Positions 58,219-64,000 of a DNA stretch of 64,000 nucleotides are shown here, one piece after another. The stretch is taken from assembly GCF_009914755.1 (NCBI RefSeq), contig NC_060932.1; one strand, given 5' to 3'. Origin of the DNA: the human T2T-CHM13v2.0 reference genome, Homo sapiens. A program made the translations under genes and the position numbers. Within the stretch, counting starts at the first letter, position 1, and each line of letters begins with the position of its first letter. Below the pieces are notes generated by a model. It was given only the letters and a program-made list of their open reading frames with translations, was not told the origin of the DNA and ran no database searches.

Positions 58219-59124
58219 GGGACCAGGCTTCCTGAGGGCTCATTGCAGCGCCAGGGTTAGAGCCCAAGGCTCTGGCCCCAACCCAAGCATATTGCACAGG
58301 GGACTCATCGTAGCACCGGGACTCAGGGCCACCGCCAACTGCGTGGCCTTGCCCAGGCCTGGCAGATAGTATGGGTGGTCACGTTCCTCCACCCATGGCC
58401 TCTTTCTGGCAGGACTGAATGAGTCCACGCTAGCTTTGTTTGTGCTTCAGCATCTGGCTGGTGTTTGCAGGATCCTCGTCTTTGCTGTCGGCATCGTGTG
58501 AGCTGCGGCAGTGCACGGCAGCCGAGGAACCCAAAGAAGGGGCCAGATGTGGCTGCGGGTCCCACTCTGCCTCCCTCTAACCCCGAGGTGGGCCTCAGTG
58601 ACCGCGGACAGCCTAAGACCCTAAGGGGCTTCTCCACCTCAGCCCTCAGCATCCAGACACCGACTTCCAAGGGGCAGAGGTGAAGGGATGACCTTGAGTC
58701 ACGCTGGAAGGTGACCGGTGCTAATAGACACTTATTTCTAAAATAGCACTGTATCTCCAGCAACCGGTTATTAACTCGGGGAAAGGGAATGCTATTTCAG
58801 GCCCAACAGCGGAAAACCATTTTCCTTTAAGAGCTTTTCCTGAACTTTTCACACAGGTGCCCCCATGAGGAGCAGGGATGGAGAGCTCAGCCCCCTCCTC
58901 AGGGTCCCGGGAGAGCAGCCACGACTGACGGGGTGAGCCACGAGCACAGGGGCAAGGGGACAACCTGCCTTCAGTGAGTGGCTCTGAGGCTCCAGCACGT
59001 GGATCCAGCATCTCAGCCTGTGGCCAACAGGACAAGGGCTGCACCTGGCCATCCATATCCCCTCCCTCTGCCCTGAGTACCTGTTCTTCAAGTGGCTGGC
59101 AGTTAGGATTTATGTTTATAGCTG

Positions 59125-59357
59125 GGGTCAGGGCCTAGTCTAGGATTAGAGTCAAGGTTCAGCCCATGTTCAAGGTCAGGACTTAGCCTGTAACCAGGAT
59201 AAGGGCTCAGCATGTAACCAGAATCAGGGCTTAGCATGGGTCAGGATCAGGGTTCAGCATGGGTCAGGATCAGGGCTCAGTGTGACCAGGATCAGGGCTC
59301 AACATGTGATCAGAATCAGGGCTCAGCATGGGTCAGGATCAGGGCTCAGTGTGACTC
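59125..59357. repeat. 22-24 bp minisatellite (CAGGGCTCAGCATGGGTCAGGAT), ~7 clear copies plus degenerate left flank
   Basis: Repeated ATCAGGGCTCAG units between 59200 and 59357. Confidence 0.85.
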
Positions 59358-60114
59358 TCTGAGGGGTAGGAGTGGGATCAGGCATCGATCTGAGGCTGGA
59401 AACTAGGGCATGCATGCCCCTGGGGGTCACTCTGGTCACTGTGTTGAGTCTGCCCCCGAAGAGCTGTGCAGTTCTCAGGTCCCCGCAGCCCAGGCAGCTC
59501 TGGGAGAATTGTGGTCTGGGAGGTTTCCTGGGCATCAGGGGAGAAAGTGGTGTCTTCAGCGTGGTTTCCTCTCTGGCTAATCCCTTCCCCAACTCCAGCC
59601 GATGGTCCTGGTAGGGTTGATCAGGTGGGAGGAGGCCTGCACCTTAAGTGGGTGCTGGAGCCAGCCCCAAGTGAGTCTGTGGGTTCCCCTATGCAGCAGG
59701 CCCGGACTGCAGAGTCTAGACCCTCGGAGGGAGCATCCAGACCCCAGGGGAAGGAGAGGGGAGAGCCGAAACCAGCTCCTTCACGGGACTTTGTGTGCAC
59801 ATCCCTCCCCTCCTTTGGGTGTTTGCTGCGAAGCAGGCAACAGGCCTCTATTAAAACTGTTCATCAAAGGAAAATGCAAAACCAGGAACAGGAGGGAAGG
59901 TAGGCACATGCAGGGCAAGCTCACCTGGCCAGGCCAGGCGTTTCCTGCAGACTGGACCTGGGGGGTCGGAAGGGCCTCCTTTCATACATGGTGGCTTTCT
60001 GCCTCAGTTTCTGCACAGTGCTCAGTCTTGGAAGGCACAGGGCCAGGCACTTCTGGATAATGGTGGTGAACGCATTCACAGAACTTACCGAAATGCAGGC
60101 ACTTGTCCCTTCGC

Positions 60115-60280
60115 CAGTTTATTCTCACAATAACCTCTGAGGCAGGAACTACGATTCTCATTTTACAGATGAGGAAATTAAAGTGCAGGGAGGCTAAGTA
60201 GGTTGCTCAAGGTCCCACAGCCAGCAAGAGGAAGGTCTGCATTTTGAACCCAAACAGTACAACTCCAGGGGTCATGCAAT
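60115..60280 (-). mobile_element. MIR SINE
   Basis: TCTCACAATAACCTCTGAGGCAG...CATTTTACAGATGAGGAAA...CAAGGTCCCACAGC...TTTGAACCCA. Confidence 0.85.
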
Positions 60281-60839
60281 GAACCCCCAGTTTCCCTGCC
60301 AGGCCACACTGATGGCATCTGCTGGCTCTGGGGATGGGTCACAGACCCTCAAAGTGTACCTGGACCTTAGTCAGTGCCAGCTGAATGCACACAGGGGGAT
60401 GATACAGCTGAGAATCATCTTCAGGCCTTCCCTGGTCAATTCTGGGGGTCTCTGCCCAGTTTCGAGTCCCATTCCAGCCTGAGCAGAGGAAGGGACTCCA
60501 ATCTGAGAAAAACACAAGGCCCTGATACCTCGCCCCAGCCACGCCACGTCTACTGAGAGTGAGAGTGGGGCCAAGGGTTGGCCAGGCTGTGTTCTGATCA
60601 TCACCCTGCTCCTTACCGCTGGGTGATCTTAAGCAAAGCACACAGCTCCCTCTAGCCCTTATTTCCTCAGCGCTGAAGTGGCCATCGGCATCTTGTCCAC
60701 AACCTAGAGTTTTCCTACATGATTCAACGAGGCAGTGGACTCCGGGTTGCTCTGAAGACTGGAGGTGCCACCTGGAGATGGGCTTCCCTCTGAAACAGTG
60801 GGAGGGGAGTGAAGAGGAGGAAACTCTCGTCCACCATGT

Positions 60840-63440
60840 TAGGGATCTGTCAATTTTATTGATCATTTCAAATAACTAGCTTTTTGTTTCATTGATTTTC
60901 TCTGTTGCTTTTCTGTTTTCAACTTTATTGACTTCACATCTTACCTTTATTCTTTCCTTCCTCCTGTTTGCTTTGGGTTTATTTACTCTTCTTTTTCTAG
61001 TTTTTGAAGCAGGAGCTTAGACTATTGATTTGGGATGTTTCTTGTTTTCTAAGGTAAGTATTTAGTACTGTAAAATTTCCCCTAAGCACTGCTTCAACTG
61101 TGTCCCACAAATTTTGATGTGTTGTATTTTCATTTTTATTTGGTTCAATGTAGTTTTAAAAACTTCCCTTCAGGCTTGCTCTTTGACTCATGGATTAAGT
61201 TATTTCCAAGTGTCTGGAGATTTTCGTGTTGTCTTTCTGCCATTTATTTCTAGTTGGATTCCATTTTGTTGGAGAACACACTCTATGATTTCAATTATTT
61301 TTAATTTGTTGAGGTTTGTTTTATGGCCTGAGGCAGGTTCTGTGTTGGTATATGTTCTGTGGGCACTCAAAGAGAATGTGTATTCCATTGTTTTTGGGCG
61401 GAGTGTTCTACCCATTGTTGATTAGATCCTGTTGGTTGATGGCATTGTTCAGTTTTTCTATATCCTTGCTGATTTTTTGTCTAGTTGCTCTATTACTATC
61501 ACAGGAGTACAGAAGTCTGCAACTGTAATTGTAGATTTGCCTATTTTTCCTTTCGGTTTTATCAGGTTTTGCTTCATATATTTTGCACCTCTGTTGTTTG
61601 GCGCATGTGCATTTACGATTGCTAGGTCTTCTCAGCGGATCGACACTTTTATCATTATATATTGTCCCTCTCTTTGTCTCTTCCTCTCATTCTTTCCCTT
61701 GGCCTATTTCATCTGACATTAACATAAACAATCCTGCTTTCTTATAACTGTTTGCATAGTATATCATTTCCCATGCTTTTCAAACTGTCTATATTACCAT
61801 ATTGAAAGCAAATTTCTTGTGGGCAGTTTATGACTGGGGCATGTTGTTTAATCCACTCTGTTATCCTGTCTTTTAACTGATGTATTTAGCTAATTTACAT
61901 TTAATGTAATTATTGATATGTTAGGACTACCATTTTATTTTTGTTTTATGTTTATTCTTTTTTTTGGTTTCTCTCTTTCCTCTGTCTTGCTGTTGGTTAC
62001 TTGAATAGTATTATTAAAAATGTCATGTTTCATCTATTTGTAATGTTTTTGAGTGTATCTCTGTATTTGAGTGGTTACTCTAGGTATTACATTATACACA
62101 CATACGATCACAGTATACCGGTGTCATTGTATTATCAGCTCAAGTAAAGTGAGGAAAACGTACCTCCTTATATGCTGCTTTACCTTCCCCTATTTGTACT
62201 ATGATAGTTTAAAATATTTTCTGTACATAAATTTCGAACCTCAGACACAGTGTTATAATATTTGCTTCAACTTTCAAATATGATTTAGAAAATGTAAGAG
62301 AAGGCAAATTTATTGTATTTAGCCATATTTTCAGTCTTTCTGTTGTTCCTTCTTCTTTCCTTGTCTCACAATTTCTTCTTTTACTGTTTCCTTTCTGCTT
62401 AGAGAATCTCCTTTAGCCATTTTTTAAGCATATGTCTGCTGGTGACATTCTTCACCTGAGAGTGTTTTGATTTCCTTTTCATTCTTGAAGGATGTTTTGC
62501 TGGATATATGATTCTGAGTTGATGGTTTTTTTCTTCTTTCAGTATTTGAAAAATGTGTCACTTCCATCCAACAACCATGATTTCTGATGAAAAATTCACT
62601 GTCATTCTACTTGTTTTTCCCCTGTAGATAAGATGTCACTCTTCTCTGGCTGCTTTCAATATTTGTTTCTCTCTCCCTTTAGTTTTCAGAAGTTTGACTA
62701 TGGTGTGTCTTTATATGAATTTCTTTTTTTTTTTTCCGATCATCCTGTTTGGGGCTTATACACCTTGAATCTGTATGTTTACATCTTGAGACGTTTTAGT
62801 CATTATTTCTTCAAGTACAATTTTTCAGCACCTCTCTCTTTCTCCTCTCCTTCCAGAACTCTGATGACAGAAATCTTTTGTTATTGTCCACAGGTACCCA
62901 AGGCTCTATTAATTTTTTTCAGTATACTGTCCTTCTGTTGCACTATTGTTCTGTCCTTAAGTTTTGGACTCTTCTCTCTATCCTCCTGACCTGCCGTTGA
63001 GCCCATCCATGGAATGTTAAAATTTCAGTTATTGAATTTTTCAGTTCTAAAATTTTAATTTGATTCTTCTTTATATCTCCTTCTTCTTTGCTGAAACTTT
63101 CTATTTCTCTGCTGATACTTTTTATTTTTTCATTTGTTACTTGTGTGTAATTGTTCACTGAAGCATTGTATGATGTCCGCTTTCAACTCTGTCAGACGAT
63201 TCTAACATCTTTGTCAACTCAGTATTGGCATCTACTGCCTGTTATTTATCATTTAATTTGAGATCGTCCTGGTTCTTGGTATGATGAGTACTTTTTGATT
63301 GAAACTTGGACATTTCAGAGATTATGAGACTCTGGATCTTATTGAAACCTTCTCCACTGACACCCTGCATGGGCTTTGTTACCACATGGCAGGGATGAAA
63401 ATCTTGGCTTTCCACTTGGCCTTCTCTGAGACTACCCTAA
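60840..63440 (-). mobile_element. Old L1M (L1MC/L1MD-type) fragment with decayed ORF1 and ORF2 endonuclease remnants
   Basis: Abrupt T-rich block. Minus-strand ORF 61200-61415 (RTLRPKTMEYTFSLSAH...GHKTNLNKLKIIEII...NGIQLEIN...TWK) resembles the end of the L1 ORF2p endonuclease; 62943-63158 (IKKNQIKILELKNSITEI) resembles the ORF1p coiled coil. Many stops and frameshifts. Confidence 0.9.
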
Positions 63441-64000
63441 TAGGAGAGGGAAAGGAAGATGTGGCAAAGGACACTCAGGAAGAAGATGCCAGAAGAGAGA
63501 GAAGAAAATGGAAGAGACAACAATAAGGAATATAGAAATTAGAGCCACTACCTCACATATTGAGAGGGAGATTTCCAGAGAGAGAGAGAGAGTGAAATCA
63601 AGGCATAGATTCATAAAGATATGACTTAGTGAGACAGAGAGACAGCCCCACATCAGCAGAGATGGGGGCAGGAGAATTCAGGGCCACACATACAGCCTGG
63701 GGGCTGTAAGTGAGCCAGAGACCTTCCTTCCACCTCCAGAGAAAATAAGGTGCTCGTCTCAGAGAGAGGCCCCAAAGACCTGGCTGGTGAGTCCTGAGAT
63801 AACCTGGAGTTCTTCTCCTAGAGAAGAAAGCCTTTCTGCCTCATCGCCCCTTCCCCACCCACTCATCTGTTTGCTCATCCACAGGTCTGAGGTGGGCCCT
63901 TCTTTTGTGTCTGACTCTGAGGGGTGGGTAGCAGTGGCAGGCTCTCTGTCTCCTCAAGGAAGTGGATTACGCAGAAGGTGTGGGTTATGAAGCCTGGTGG

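Noticed and set aside
60840-63440. Functional L1 ORF1/ORF2
   Set aside because: Only short remnants with many stops; no reverse transcriptase region in the window.
1-64000. Assigning a host gene or chromosomal locus
   Set aside because: I recognised no exon or named RNA gene; composition alone cannot identify the locus. A BLAT search against primate assemblies would settle it.

Overview
Primate (probably human or great ape) nuclear DNA from a GC-rich, intron-like or intergenic region. I found no protein-coding exon, RNA gene, CRISPR array or prokaryotic feature that I can support. The long ORFs in the track come from tandem repeats or from the high GC content. The window is a mosaic of old interspersed repeats: MIR, L2, MLT1/MaLR LTRs, a MER66 solo LTR, hAT and Tc2 DNA-transposon fossils, L1M fragments, three AluJ and one AluY. 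It also carries several minisatellites (28, 30, 40-42, 90/91 and 22-24 bp units). The main structure is a ~3.35 kb minisatellite of 22/23-bp units (37878-41245) that appears to have grown out of an L2 motif, has a ~1081-bp higher-order period and contains perfect heat-shock elements. Other notable items are a 56-bp locally templated insertion inside an MLT1A LTR, a Kanga1>MLT1>MER94/MER63 nest, a ~30-bp L1PA insertion, a MER53 (miR-1302-family) hairpin and several motif-dense AT-rich islands that may be enhancers. Repeat family names come from my recall of consensus sequences and boundaries are approximate. I do not see a new biological system in the strict sense, and I did not identify the locus.
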